Source of the DNA: Bryobacterales bacterium
GTDB taxonomy: Bacteria; Acidobacteriota; Terriglobia; Bryobacterales; Bryobacteraceae
Reading direction: 5' to 3'
Length of the DNA stretch: 64,000 bases
Assembly: GCA_963769205.1 (NCBI GenBank)
Contig: CAVYKR010000004.1
Location: 34,592-98,591, forward strand
Both the position numbers and the translations under genes were made by a program. The notes below the pieces were generated by a model, which was given only the letters and a program-made list of their open reading frames with translations, was not told the origin of the DNA and searched no databases. Below, piece by piece: positions 1 to 9,932 of the stretch; positions within the stretch are counted from its first letter, which is position 1, and every line of letters begins with the position of its first letter.

Positions 1-49
1 GAAAGATAGCCGGACACCACGTCGTTACCTGCGCCTCGGCCCTTGCTAT

Positions 50-590
50 ATGGCGATCGCTCCGGCCCCAGCTGGCGAAGCCAAGCGCATCGATCATTTC
101 GCCGTCGGCATTGAAAATTTCAACGCGGCCGGCATGAAGCGTACGCTCGAAAACGCGGGATTGAAAGTGCGGGAATCGAATGTCGGGCTCTTTGTTCAGG
201 ACCCCGACGGCAACAGCGTGCAGATCTGGGCGGACCAATCGTGGAAACAACTCAGCAACGCCGCGCCCGAAGCCGGGCCCAAAACAGGAAGCTCTTTTTC
301 GTTCCCGCGGAATGCACCACCTGGCGATCCAGGTCAGCGACATGGCGCAGGCAACCGCATTTTATCGAAAGCTGTTCGGCGAACCGACTCCAGGACAGGG
401 TAATCCGCCGCAGCCGACCTTCCAGGCCGGCGAGACCAGAATCCTGCTCTACAACCCGGCGCCCAATAAGCCGCCTAAGATCGACCACTTCAGCGTGCTG
501 GTCGATAACTTCGACGCCCCTTCGGCCTTAAAGGTCGTTAAATCGCTCGGCGCCAATGCGGAGTTGTCGAAAGCAGGGAACTCTGAATGA
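50..590 (+). CDS. VOC family (glyoxalase/bleomycin-resistance/dioxygenase) protein with two half-domains; reading frame changes near 280-310 (ORFs 50-403 and 312-590)
   Basis: Both halves carry VOC-like motifs (RIDHFAVGIENF...DPDGNSVQIW; MHHLAIQVSD...IDHFSVLV). They sit in different frames, so this is either a frameshift or two small genes. Confidence 0.5.
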
Positions 591-649
591 GTTTTTCGAT
601 CCCGATGGCATCCGCCTGCAGGTGACGTTTCCGGGACAAACGTACGGGA

Positions 650-1906
650 CTACAACGCAGAAGTAGAAACTGCTGAATCGCCTTTCACACCAGACGAATA
701 CCTTCGCTGATTCGATGGCCGAATCAGATTCTGAAAGCGCTTCTCCGTTATGACCTTGATTTGATGCCCCCGTTCCCGTTCATGGTCCAGGTCCAGCAGT
801 TTCTGTCCTTTCTTTTCGGCCTTCCAGCGGGGCGACTGCTCGCCCACCACCAGGATGTCCGTGGTGCGGCTGACCTTCGATTGTGAAATCCCGCCAGCCC
901 GTTTTACGAGCAGCTTGGCGGCTTTCTTTCGCAGCATCTTCAGCCGTCCGGTGAACACTACGCGCTTGCCCTCAAGCGACCGCACCACCGTTCGTCCGGC
1001 TGAGGCGTCCGGCTGCGGTCTCTCCAGCGCCTTGAGCATTTCAGCCGCATTCGCGAAACGTCTTCTTCTTTCGCCGATGCAACGTTGGATTACGGCCTTA
1101 GCCCACGCGCTGCAGTCCAACGTCTTTACGACTCCGGGAGTGAGCCTGGATTTCTCACAACCCAGCAGCAGCAAAGCAAACAGCTTCCCGAGGTGGTAGA
1201 CATCATCGGCCGGGAGCCACGCGCGCGTCTTCCCTTCTTTGATAGCTGTTGGAGCGAACCACGGAGCAAAAATGTTAGCCTTGGCCTCTTGTTTGCCCAG
1301 GCGCTGCGCGGCAATTCCGAAATCTCCCAGCTTGAGCTCCCGGCCCGCCGTTACAAAAACGTTCCGGGGAGTGATGTCGCGATGAACCAATCCCGCGGCA
1401 TGGAGCAGCCGAAGAGACCCGAGTAACCGAACGATTTCGCGCCGCGCTTTCGATTCCGGCCAAGGCTCGGAATGCTCCTGAACATAATGCAGCAGATCCC
1501 CGCCTTCAACGAATTCTGAGACGAGACAGTAAAGGGGTTTGTGCTCGTTACCCCGCTGCGCCCAAGCGAAAGATTCATGCACTCGAACTATCCCAGGTGT
1601 GTCCCGCAGTAATTCGCCGAAATAAGCTTCCCGGTGCCAAGCTCCCACCTCGAGCGTAACCTTCAAGACGTACGTCCCAGGCAGAGCCGCACCGCCCGTA
1701 ACGTTTGTGACTCGATAGACTGCGCCGAATCCACCGGTCCCCAAGACTTCGCCTATTGGATACTGCCGGCCACTGGCCGCGCTTCTGACCACCGACCCGA
1801 ACTGCAACCGAAGGTCACGATTTTTCGGCGCAGGAATCCTTCCCGGGTTGTTGGCTTCAACAGTCAGCGACCGCGTAGCTATCGCCTGCTGCGTGGACAT
1901 CTTCAC
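650..1906 (-). CDS. Ser/Thr protein kinase fused to a C-terminal BRCT domain
   Basis: Hanks kinase motifs are present: GxGxxG (LGTGGFGAVY), a catalytic-loop HRD variant (HRDITPRN) and DFG. The C-terminal ~90 aa (KRVVFTGRL...AGG...TDILVVGE) reads as a BRCT fold. Confidence 0.8.
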   Translation of the reverse strand: MKMSTQQAIATRSLTVEANNPGRIPAPKNRDLRLQFGSVVRSAASGRQYPIGEVLGTGGFGAVYRVTNVTGGAALPGTYVLKVTLEVGAWHREAYFGELLRDTPGIVRVHESFAWAQRGNEHKPLYCLVSEFVEGGDLLHYVQEHSEPWPESKARREIVRLLGSLRLLHAAGLVHRDITPRNVFVTAGRELKLGDFGIAAQRLGKQEAKANIFAPWFAPTAIKEGKTRAWLPADDVYHLGKLFALLLLGCEKSRLTPGVVKTLDCSAWAKAVIQRCIGERRRRFANAAEMLKALERPQPDASAGRTVVRSLEGKRVVFTGRLKMLRKKAAKLLVKRAGGISQSKVSRTTDILVVGEQSPRWKAEKKGQKLLDLDHERERGHQIKVITEKRFQNLIRPSNQRRYSSGVKGDSAVSTSAL

Positions 1907-1991
1907 AGTCTATACCTCCCGGAATCGCGACGTCCCTACAAAAGGCTGCAGTAAGTTGCAACCGAACTTGGTCAGTTGGAATCCGATATAC

Positions 1992-2984
1992 ATGCCAAAG
2001 GTCATTCGTTTTCATGAGTTGGGCGGGCCGGACGTTTTGAAAATTGAAGAGAGCACGTCCAGGCAGCCCGGCCGGGGCGAAGTGCGCTTAAAAGTTCAGG
2101 CGGTGGGCTTGAATCGGGCGGAATTGATGTTCCTCCATGGCCAGTATCTCGAACAGCCCAAAATGCCAGCCGGGCTTGGTTATGAGGCGGCGGGCGTGGT
2201 GGACACCGTTGGCCCGGATGTGGACAAGACCTGGGTGGGCAAAACGGTCGCTACCATTCCATCCTTTTCCATGAATCAATACGCCATGCTGGGCGAAGAG
2301 GTAATTGCTCCGGCCGGTGCTCTGGGTGAGTATCCGGCGAAACTGTCCGCGGCGGAAGGCGCGGCTATCTGGATGCAGTATCTGACGGCATATGGGGCGC
2401 TGGTTGCAATTGCACATCTGGCAAAAGGAGATTTCGTCGTGATCCCGGCAGCGTCGAGCAGTGTGGGCATTGCCGCCATCGAGATCGCCAAAGCTGAGGG
2501 CGCTGTTTCAATTGCAACCACCCGCAAAAGCAATAAGAAATCTGAACTGCATTCTCTAGGGGCGAACCACGTGATTGCCACTGAGGAAGAAGATCTCGTT
2601 GCACGCATGCGGGAGATTACCGGTGGCCAGGGGGCGCGGGTGATCTTTGATCCCGTAGCCGGGCCGTTTCTGGAAAAGTTGGCCGAAGCTGCCGCGCCCG
2701 GCGGGATTATTTTCGAGTATGGAGCGCTTTCGATGCAGCCCACACCCTTTCCGCTGTTCGCGGCGCTGGGGAAGGGGTTAAGCGTTCGCGGCTACACCCT
2801 AATGGAAATCACATCCAATCCGCAGAAGCTCGAATTAGCGAAAAAGTACGTCTACGACCGGTTGGCCGATGGGCGGTTCCATCCCAAGATCGCAAAGACA
2901 TTTCCGTTTGCGCAGACCGTGGCGGCGTACAAATATCTGGAGTCGAACGCCCAGGTTGGCAAAGTTGTGATCACTGTTCCTTGA
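1992..2984 (+). CDS. NADPH:quinone oxidoreductase / zinc-type alcohol dehydrogenase (MDR superfamily)
   Basis: The MDR N-terminus is recognisable (MPKVIRFHELGGPDVLKIEE...RGEVRLKVQAVGLNRAEL) with a Rossmann AxxGxxG-like stretch. The start is set at the ATG at 1992 inside the longer ORF 1848-2984. Confidence 0.8.
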   Translation: MPKVIRFHELGGPDVLKIEESTSRQPGRGEVRLKVQAVGLNRAELMFLHGQYLEQPKMPAGLGYEAAGVVDTVGPDVDKTWVGKTVATIPSFSMNQYAMLGEEVIAPAGALGEYPAKLSAAEGAAIWMQYLTAYGALVAIAHLAKGDFVVIPAASSSVGIAAIEIAKAEGAVSIATTRKSNKKSELHSLGANHVIATEEEDLVARMREITGGQGARVIFDPVAGPFLEKLAEAAAPGGIIFEYGALSMQPTPFPLFAALGKGLSVRGYTLMEITSNPQKLELAKKYVYDRLADGRFHPKIAKTFPFAQTVAAYKYLESNAQVGKVVITVP

Positions 2985-3008
2985 GATGCGAACCGCCAAA
3001 ACTTCGCG

Positions 3009-4157
3009 TTAGCGCACGCCGATAGTCTTCGAGTGAACCGCCGGCTCGACTACCGCCGCGACCGACGTTTTTGAACGCTCGGCTGCGATCTTTGGAATCG
3101 TAAAGGAAAACGTCGATCCTGTGTCCGGCTTGGAATCCATCCAAATTCTTCCGCCGTTCCGTTCTACAACTGCTTTGCATGTTGCTAAACCGATTCCGCT
3201 GCCCTCGTATTCCTCCCCGCTGTGAAGCCGTTTGAACAAGCCGAAGATTTCGTCGGCGTGCTTCATGTCGATTCCGATGCCGTTGTCCTTAACCTGGAAG
3301 ATCCATTCCTTTGCGTTCTCCACCGCGGTGATCAGGATTTCAGGCTGTCGGCTCCCGCGATACTTGATCGCATTGGTGATCAGATTGGAAAAGACCTGAG
3401 CCAGGCGATCGCCGTTCGCTTGAACCACCGGTAGCTCATCGAAGGTTATAACGGCATTCTCGGCATCGATCATGTAATGCAGATTTTGTATGACTTGCTG
3501 CAGCACCGTGTGAGAGTTGCACGCAGCCCGGTCTTGCATATCGGAGCTAGCGCCGGCATAGTCCAACAAACCTTTAATCATCGATTCCATCCGTTTAACC
3601 CCACTGACGATAACGTGGGCATACTGTTTGGAATCGCTGTCCATAGTGTCGTTATTCCGCCGAACCAGCAGTGTCGCCATCGTCCCAATGTTTCGCAGTG
3701 GCGCTTGCAGGTCGTGGGAAACCCCATATGCGAATCTTTGCAGCTCTTCATTGGAACGCGACAATGCCTCGCTGCGCTGTGACAGCTCTTGGTTGGCCAG
3801 TACAAGTTGGGCTCTGGCCGCGACCAGTTTGGCGTTCGTACGATGCAGTAACTGCAAGACGCCGCTGATTGCTACGCCGAGCACCGCGAACAGCGCCAAA
3901 CTGGACTGGGATCGCGCTAGTAGGAAGACTGACTCTTGGAACAGCCAGCCCACCATGACCACGCTAAGAAACGTCGTAAGAAGACCTGCCCAAAGACCGC
4001 TATACGCGGCCGACACTACCACGGCGATGGTGAAAAAGGTTAGCGGGGCTTTGCCCCCGAATATAGGCTGGACCAAAAACGTTAGCAATGTCGCAATTCC
4101 GACCAAAATTATGGACGATACAAAATGCCTGATTGATCGGGGCACACGAGTAAGCAT
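3009..4157 (-). CDS. membrane sensor histidine kinase (HisKA + HATPase_c)
   Basis: There is an N-terminal TM region, an H-box (FAYGVSHDLQAPLRNI), an N-box (SNLITNAIKY) and a G-box (DNGIGID...GSGIGLA). Confidence 0.8.
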   Translation of the reverse strand: MLTRVPRSIRHFVSSIILVGIATLLTFLVQPIFGGKAPLTFFTIAVVVSAAYSGLWAGLLTTFLSVVMVGWLFQESVFLLARSQSSLALFAVLGVAISGVLQLLHRTNAKLVAARAQLVLANQELSQRSEALSRSNEELQRFAYGVSHDLQAPLRNIGTMATLLVRRNNDTMDSDSKQYAHVIVSGVKRMESMIKGLLDYAGASSDMQDRAACNSHTVLQQVIQNLHYMIDAENAVITFDELPVVQANGDRLAQVFSNLITNAIKYRGSRQPEILITAVENAKEWIFQVKDNGIGIDMKHADEIFGLFKRLHSGEEYEGSGIGLATCKAVVERNGGRIWMDSKPDTGSTFSFTIPKIAAERSKTSVAAVVEPAVHSKTIGVR

Positions 4158-4225
4158 TTATACTATGATCGCATTCCGAGCGGAGCGTGGCTCACATTGG
4201 TGATCTGCGCTACTGAGCGCGTCTT

Positions 4226-5365
4226 TCAATTCGTCGGCGGGCTGCTCGCGTACCCCCGCCAGATATATTCCAGAGCTTCCGGCAGCGTCTGTTGCTTCAC
4301 CGCGCGATCGGTATGGCCGGCATTGCGCGCAAATACAAACTGATAGTGATATCCCTTGGCGGCCAGCACTTTCGCCATGTTCTCGTTGGCGGCCACCCAG
4401 TCGTGCATGTTGTCGTGCATGACATTCGGATTGTAAAGGTCCCGGTCGCCAACCTCCATCCAGATCCGCAGCGGCTTGACCGGCGTATTAGGGATGAGGT
4501 GTTCGTGAAACTCCCACGCACCGTGGGGAGCCTCTGGATTTGAAGGCCACTGCTGGTTGACATAGGTGCCCGAGTATGTGAGAACGCGATGGTAAAGCTC
4601 GGGATGGTACCACGCCATGATCAAGGCGCATGAGCCGCCGGAACTGCCGCCCATTGTCGCCCGCCCCTCGGGATCTTTGGTAAGTTTCACGTTGTATTGC
4701 TTCTCCACCATAGGCAGCACTTCTTTCTCGACGAACTCCGCGTACCGGCCAGACATGGTGTCGTATTCCAGGCCGCGTTCGCTTCCCTGTGCATCGCCGC
4801 TGCCGTTGCCTATGGAAATCGCAATCATCGCGGGTACCCGGTGCTGGGCGATCAGGTTATCGAGAACCGTGAACAATAACGGGTCAGGTCCGTCTGCCCC
4901 GACAATGAATGGCGCGGCCGTGCCGGGGACGTATTGTTTCGGGACATACACAGCCACGCGCCGGGTATAAGATGCTGGATGGCTGGTGGTGACGACCAAC
5001 TTAGCCGGGTCGGACGGGTCTGCCGTGCCAAACGTGTTGGTCTCGCGTGCGATGCCGGGATAAATTTTGCTATCGGCCGATTCCATGTTGAAGGTTAAGA
5101 CCGCTCCTTGCGGCACGCCTTCCTGGACCGTCATCTCCGGTGCGGGATTGTGCGTCGGGCCGATGATGAAGTTTCCGTCGGAGTTGACAGGAGCGTTGGC
5201 GCCGTCCGCTAAGTCTTTCGCTGCGACATAGCCAGGCGTGTTGGGATCGCGGGTCGGCGGCGTCGGACGTGCCGGGCGCGAGATGGCGGCCGGAGCTTGA
5301 GCCATTGCCGGATGTAAGCCAACGATCAGGCCGATTAAGAGCGCGATGCTACGAGGACGAGGCAT
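4226..5365 (-). CDS. secreted esterase (putative esterase / enterochelin-esterase-like alpha/beta hydrolase)
   Basis: It has a signal peptide, a GGSSGG nucleophile-elbow-like motif and an overall esterase D-like layout. The start is close to the upstream genes. Confidence 0.7.
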   Translation of the reverse strand: MPRPRSIALLIGLIVGLHPAMAQAPAAISRPARPTPPTRDPNTPGYVAAKDLADGANAPVNSDGNFIIGPTHNPAPEMTVQEGVPQGAVLTFNMESADSKIYPGIARETNTFGTADPSDPAKLVVTTSHPASYTRRVAVYVPKQYVPGTAAPFIVGADGPDPLLFTVLDNLIAQHRVPAMIAISIGNGSGDAQGSERGLEYDTMSGRYAEFVEKEVLPMVEKQYNVKLTKDPEGRATMGGSSGGSCALIMAWYHPELYHRVLTYSGTYVNQQWPSNPEAPHGAWEFHEHLIPNTPVKPLRIWMEVGDRDLYNPNVMHDNMHDWVAANENMAKVLAAKGYHYQFVFARNAGHTDRAVKQQTLPEALEYIWRGYASSPPTN

Positions 5366-5456
5366 TTTGAAAATTTTATCACTACTCTCACGATTTAACC
5401 CGCAAATGAGAAGTTTTGATGCGATTTACCTACGCATTAAAATGGCCGCGCCGACT

Positions 5457-6798
5457 CTACAGCCTCTCCAGCCGCTCCCGGGCATCGCCAAACTGCTCCA
5501 GCTTCACGCCGAAACGATCCATCAGCGACAGGTACAGGCTGCACATCTTGCGTTTGTCCTCGCCCGCATCCAGATAGTTCAGCGTCCGTCCGGTTTCGAG
5601 CGTCCCGCCCAGTCCGCCGGCCAGCACCAGCGGCAATCTGAAATTGTCGTGCTTGCGGCCGATCCAGAGATTCGAAAGGAACATCAGGCAGGTATTGTCG
5701 AGCACCGTGCCATCGCCTTCCTTCATGCTGTCCAGCTTCGACGCCAGGTAGGCGTACTGGCTCACATGGAAGCGGGCGATGCGTTCGTATCCATCCGAGT
5801 TGTTGTTGTGCGACGCGGCATGATGCCCGTCCTTAACGTCCAGGAACGGATAATACATGGCCGAAAGATCGCGGGAGATGATCAGCGACGCGACGCGCGT
5901 CTTGTTAGTCTGAAATGCGATGGCGATGATGTCGCACATCAGGCGGGCGTGCTCGCGCAGGTCTTCCGGCAGTCCATTCGCCGGCCGGTCCATCGTGGCT
6001 GCTATCGTATTCTTCGCCTTGGCCGCAGTCGTCGGCCTGGTCTTTGCTTTTGCGCATCCCCTCGACGCGTTTTTCCACTTCGCGCACGCTGGTGAGATAC
6101 TCATCCAGCTTGCTCTTGTCGCCCGAGCTGATCTTGCGGTTCAGTTCTTCGGCGCGATCTTTCACGCGGTCGAGCAGACTCGAATTCAGCAGGCTGCCGC
6201 GGTTGTCGAACAGGTTGTCCCACGCCAGCGAAGGATAAACTTCCACCGGGACCGGCGAATCCGGAGTCTGCCAGGAGATATGCGAACTGTAGGCCAGCGA
6301 GAAGTTGGTCTCGTGATAGCCCGTCATGGGCTGATCGCATGCCAGCACGATGCTGGATTGCGGCGTATCTTCGCCGACGCGGTTGGCGATCATCTGATCC
6401 ACGCTGATGCCCGAGTGGATGATGGCGCCTTTGGAAATGTGCGCGCCCGACAGCAGGCTGCCCGTTTGCGCGGGGTGAATGCCCTGGCCGGTCAGCGCCT
6501 TGACGTACAGCCCATCGATCACATTGATTTTCTGTTTCAACGGCTCCAGCGGCTGCAGCGTCTTGCTGAGCTTCATCGCGGCGCCCGCGCCCTCGGCGCT
6601 CCAATGGTCTTCGTTGATGCCGCATCCCAGGAAAACGACGCCGAACCGTTTCGGGAACGCCGCCGGAGTGGCTGTATCGGCGAAAGCATCTAGCGACTCA
6701 AGCCACGGCAATGCCATGGTGCAGCCCATCCCCGCGAAGCACGGTGCGGCGGGAAAGGCGGGGTGCGTGGTTTTTGCTCGATGGGGCATCTTAATCAC
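5457..6798 (-). pseudogene. DUF1501 family protein with a frameshift
   Basis: ORFs 5905-6798 and 5457-6104 together match the N- and C-halves of the intact DUF1501 protein at 37258-38589 (KLDEYLTSVREVEKRVE... then ...DLREHARLMCDIIAIAFQTNKTRVASL). The frame switches near 6040-6080. Confidence 0.65.
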
Positions 6799-9700
6799 CT
6801 TCTTGATTGTAGCTCGGGCCGTTTCGCGCGTAAGTCAGGAACCCGCGTGTTCAGAAACTGCGGGCTTGTGACGATGGTCTCCACCAGCGCATCAAAGCGA
6901 TAATCTTCGGCCTGTAGCTTGGTCTTCATCCGTTCAATCACCGCTTCGTCGGAAAGCTGGAGCGAACGGTTCAGTGCATACGCGAGCAACTTACGGCTGA
7001 GATTATCCACGAAGTCGGCCTGGCGATGCTCGCGGATATAAGTCTCGACGCCCTCCACTCCCGGCGCCTTGGCTGCCGCCCGGAAAGACGGCCTTCGTAT
7101 CCACCGGCCGCCCTGCCAGATCATTGGTCCGCGCCTCGCCCACTGGTCCGTAGCCTTCAAACGCCAGACCGAACACGTCAAACCGCGCATGACAGCCAGC
7201 GCACACCGGATTCGAACGGTGCTTGGCCAGCATGTCGCGGAGCGGCAAGTCCGACTTCGCTTCGTCTGCCGGCAGTTCGGGAACGACCGGCGGCGGTGGA
7301 GGGATAATCTCGCCGAGAACCCGGTGGACTACCCAGTATCCTCGCTTTACCGGACTTGTTCTAAGGCCGGGCGAGTTTTGCGTGAGAAAGACCGCCATGG
7401 GTAGCAAGCCGCCGCGGCCGTACTTGTCGGCATCGTCCACGCGGACCCAAGTATCAGTGGTCCCCAGCCACGTCCGGCATCCCATAATGCTTCGCCAGGG
7501 CCGGATTCACAAACGTGTATTTGCCATACAGCATGTCGAGCACGGAGCGATCGTTGCGGACCATGTCCTCGATGAAACCGGACTGGTTCCTGAAACATGG
7601 CCTCGCGCAAATCGTTATTGAACGTGGGAAAGCGCTCCCGATCGACGGTGTTGTTGGTCTCGAAATGCCGGAAATCGAGCCAATTGCCCGCGAATTCCGT
7701 AGCCAGTCCGCGCGCTCGCGTCATCCTGCAGCATCCGCCGGGTTTCGCGCCAGCAATACATCTCGCTTTTCGAGATCGCCCGCGGCCGCGTGCCGCAACA
7801 GCTCGTCGTCGGGCATGCTGGACCATAGAAAATAGCTCAACCTGTTTGCCAGAGCGTAAGAAGATACCGGCCGGCTGGGGACCGCCGAAGAAAGTTTCGC
7901 CCCGGAGAATTTCGCCGCGTGATGGATAGACGATCCAGAGTGCTGTAACCCCGCGTCCAGAAGATCGATCCGGTACAGGAAATCGGGCGACATGAGCACG
8001 CCGGCAATCGATTCCCGCATGGCGTCTTCATGCGACAGGCCGTTCTTTTCTCGAAGGCGGTGGTAATACGTCACCACTTCGTCGCGATCGGCTTTTGTAA
8101 GCGGTCTCCGATAGGCGCGCGCGGCGAACCGCAGCAGCGCATCCAGATGCTTTGGCTCGGCCTCCGCATGCTCCTTCTCCAAGGCCCGCAAGGTGGCGTT
8201 GACGCCATCGAAGTGCGCCGCGGATTGCATCCGGAGCGACCGGGATCGTTCTGCGGATCAGCCAGAGCCTTGTCCAGATAGGCGTCCTTCAAGCCCATGA
8301 TGACCGGCTGGTCGGTGATCTCATGATCCAGCGGCCGCGCCGTGCCGGATTCAGCGCCCTTCCCTTGAACCTCGCCGCTCTGGTTAAAGAAATACTGAAT
8401 CCAGGTGCGAGCCGTGTAAGCCGGCGATGTAGTCGAATTCATTCCACAGGCGGTTGAGTTCCTTCTGGCCCTTTTCGTCGAGGATCAACTCCATGAGCGG
8501 CGTATCGTCGCGGAAATAACCCATGGTGTTGTGATAGCTCGCGCTTAGCAGACGTCCCTTGTCCTCCGAATCGTCCGGGAAATAACGGCCGCGCTCCTGT
8601 GACATAAAAAGTGTCCGGGAAAACCGAAGCAAAACGTGCAAACGCGGCTTCGTAGCGGCTTGCGCTCGGCGGCCGGCACCACCAGATCGGGATCGTCCGC
8701 GCGGGCTTTGGCCGAGAGAGCAGCCCAGCGCGGAGCGGCTTCCTGGTGGAGCCCCGGATACTCGGGATTTCGGGCACAACCGGCGGCGGATCGGTATCGT
8801 TCCGCAGATCCTTGCGGATCGCTATCGCGGCGATGCGAAGCGAACTCGCGCAGCTTCCAGTCCAGCAGGGCCTGCGATCCGGGCGGCAATCCCTTTACCA
8901 CCGGCGCGGCGAACTGCATGGCCGTGTGACTGCGGATCTTGACCACGAAATCGCGCATCTCGATGCATTTCGCTCTGCAGCCCGTCCTCCCCGCCTGAGC
9001 CCGGCGCCGGAAGTTCGCGCCACATCCGCTGCAGTTTCGCGATGGGACCAACCGCATCTTTCTCTTGCAGAATCCGCCACACCATCGGTAGATACTTGGC
9101 GCTGACCTTCGAATCCGCTGCGATGGACGCCAAGCTCGCCGCTGGCTTTCCCAGCGCGGCCCGATAACTGGAAGCGCCAGGCGGCCTGAAAATAATCCGC
9201 AAAATCGGTCGGCTGCCGGTGATAGAAGCTCACGATGCGCTGGATGGAATACTTGTCGCGATCCGTCTCCACCAGCATCGGATAGGCCGCGAAGTCGATT
9301 CCATCCGGGCGTCAGCACCATGTGATCCGCCACTCCGCGCGCGGCCTGCAGGTATTTATTCAGCAGCGCCGGACGACATCGTCAGCGATTCGCCGGAGTT
9401 GTCGAAGCCGGCCGTATTGGCCGGATCCACGGGAAACTCCCGCGCTGGGCTGCATATCCTGGCCGGTGAGGTCGCGAACGGTGTAGTCGTACTCGGCGTT
9501 GCTCAACCGGCGCGGCAGCACCAGTCCCGGATCGCCTGCACTTTTCCGCACCTCTTCCGCGCGTACGGCCTGAATCCAATCCATCACCTGCTCGCGGGCT
9601 TCCTCCGGCGGCGGCGGAACCGGCTTGGGAGGCATCTCCTTGCGCGGTCAGTCTCTCCAGCACCAGCGCCCAGCGCGGATAATCCCGGGTCACCATCTCC

Positions 9701-9885
9701 AGCGTGGAGTAGGCCTTCAGATCGAACTGTGCGGCCGGCGTTTGCCCGCTGTGGCACCCAACGCAATATTTTGCGACGAAAGGCCGGACGGTTTGCTGGA
9801 ACTGCCGGTCCAGTGCGGGTGCGGTGGCTCCCGGAGCGGGTAGGGCGGCCAACGCAAGTATGACGGGCAGGGCTCGAAACAGCAT
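6795..9885 (-). pseudogene. PSCyt1/DUF1587/DUF1592/DUF1588/DUF1585 family protein (planctomycete-type cytochrome-domain protein), fragmented by about 9 frameshifts
   Basis: Minus-strand ORFs 9382-9885 (signal peptide + CVGCHSG), 9360-9635 (LSNAEYDYTVRDL), 8545-9333, 8071-8442, 7721-8230 (LSYFLWSSMPDDELL), 7347-7826, 7003-7485 (CAGCHARFD) and 6795-7190 are collinear with the intact 816-aa paralog at 34824-37274. Confidence 0.7.
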
Positions 9886-9932
9886 AAGCTCATCAATATC
9901 ATACTGCGCCGGCGGTTTTCGGTTTTGGCTTA

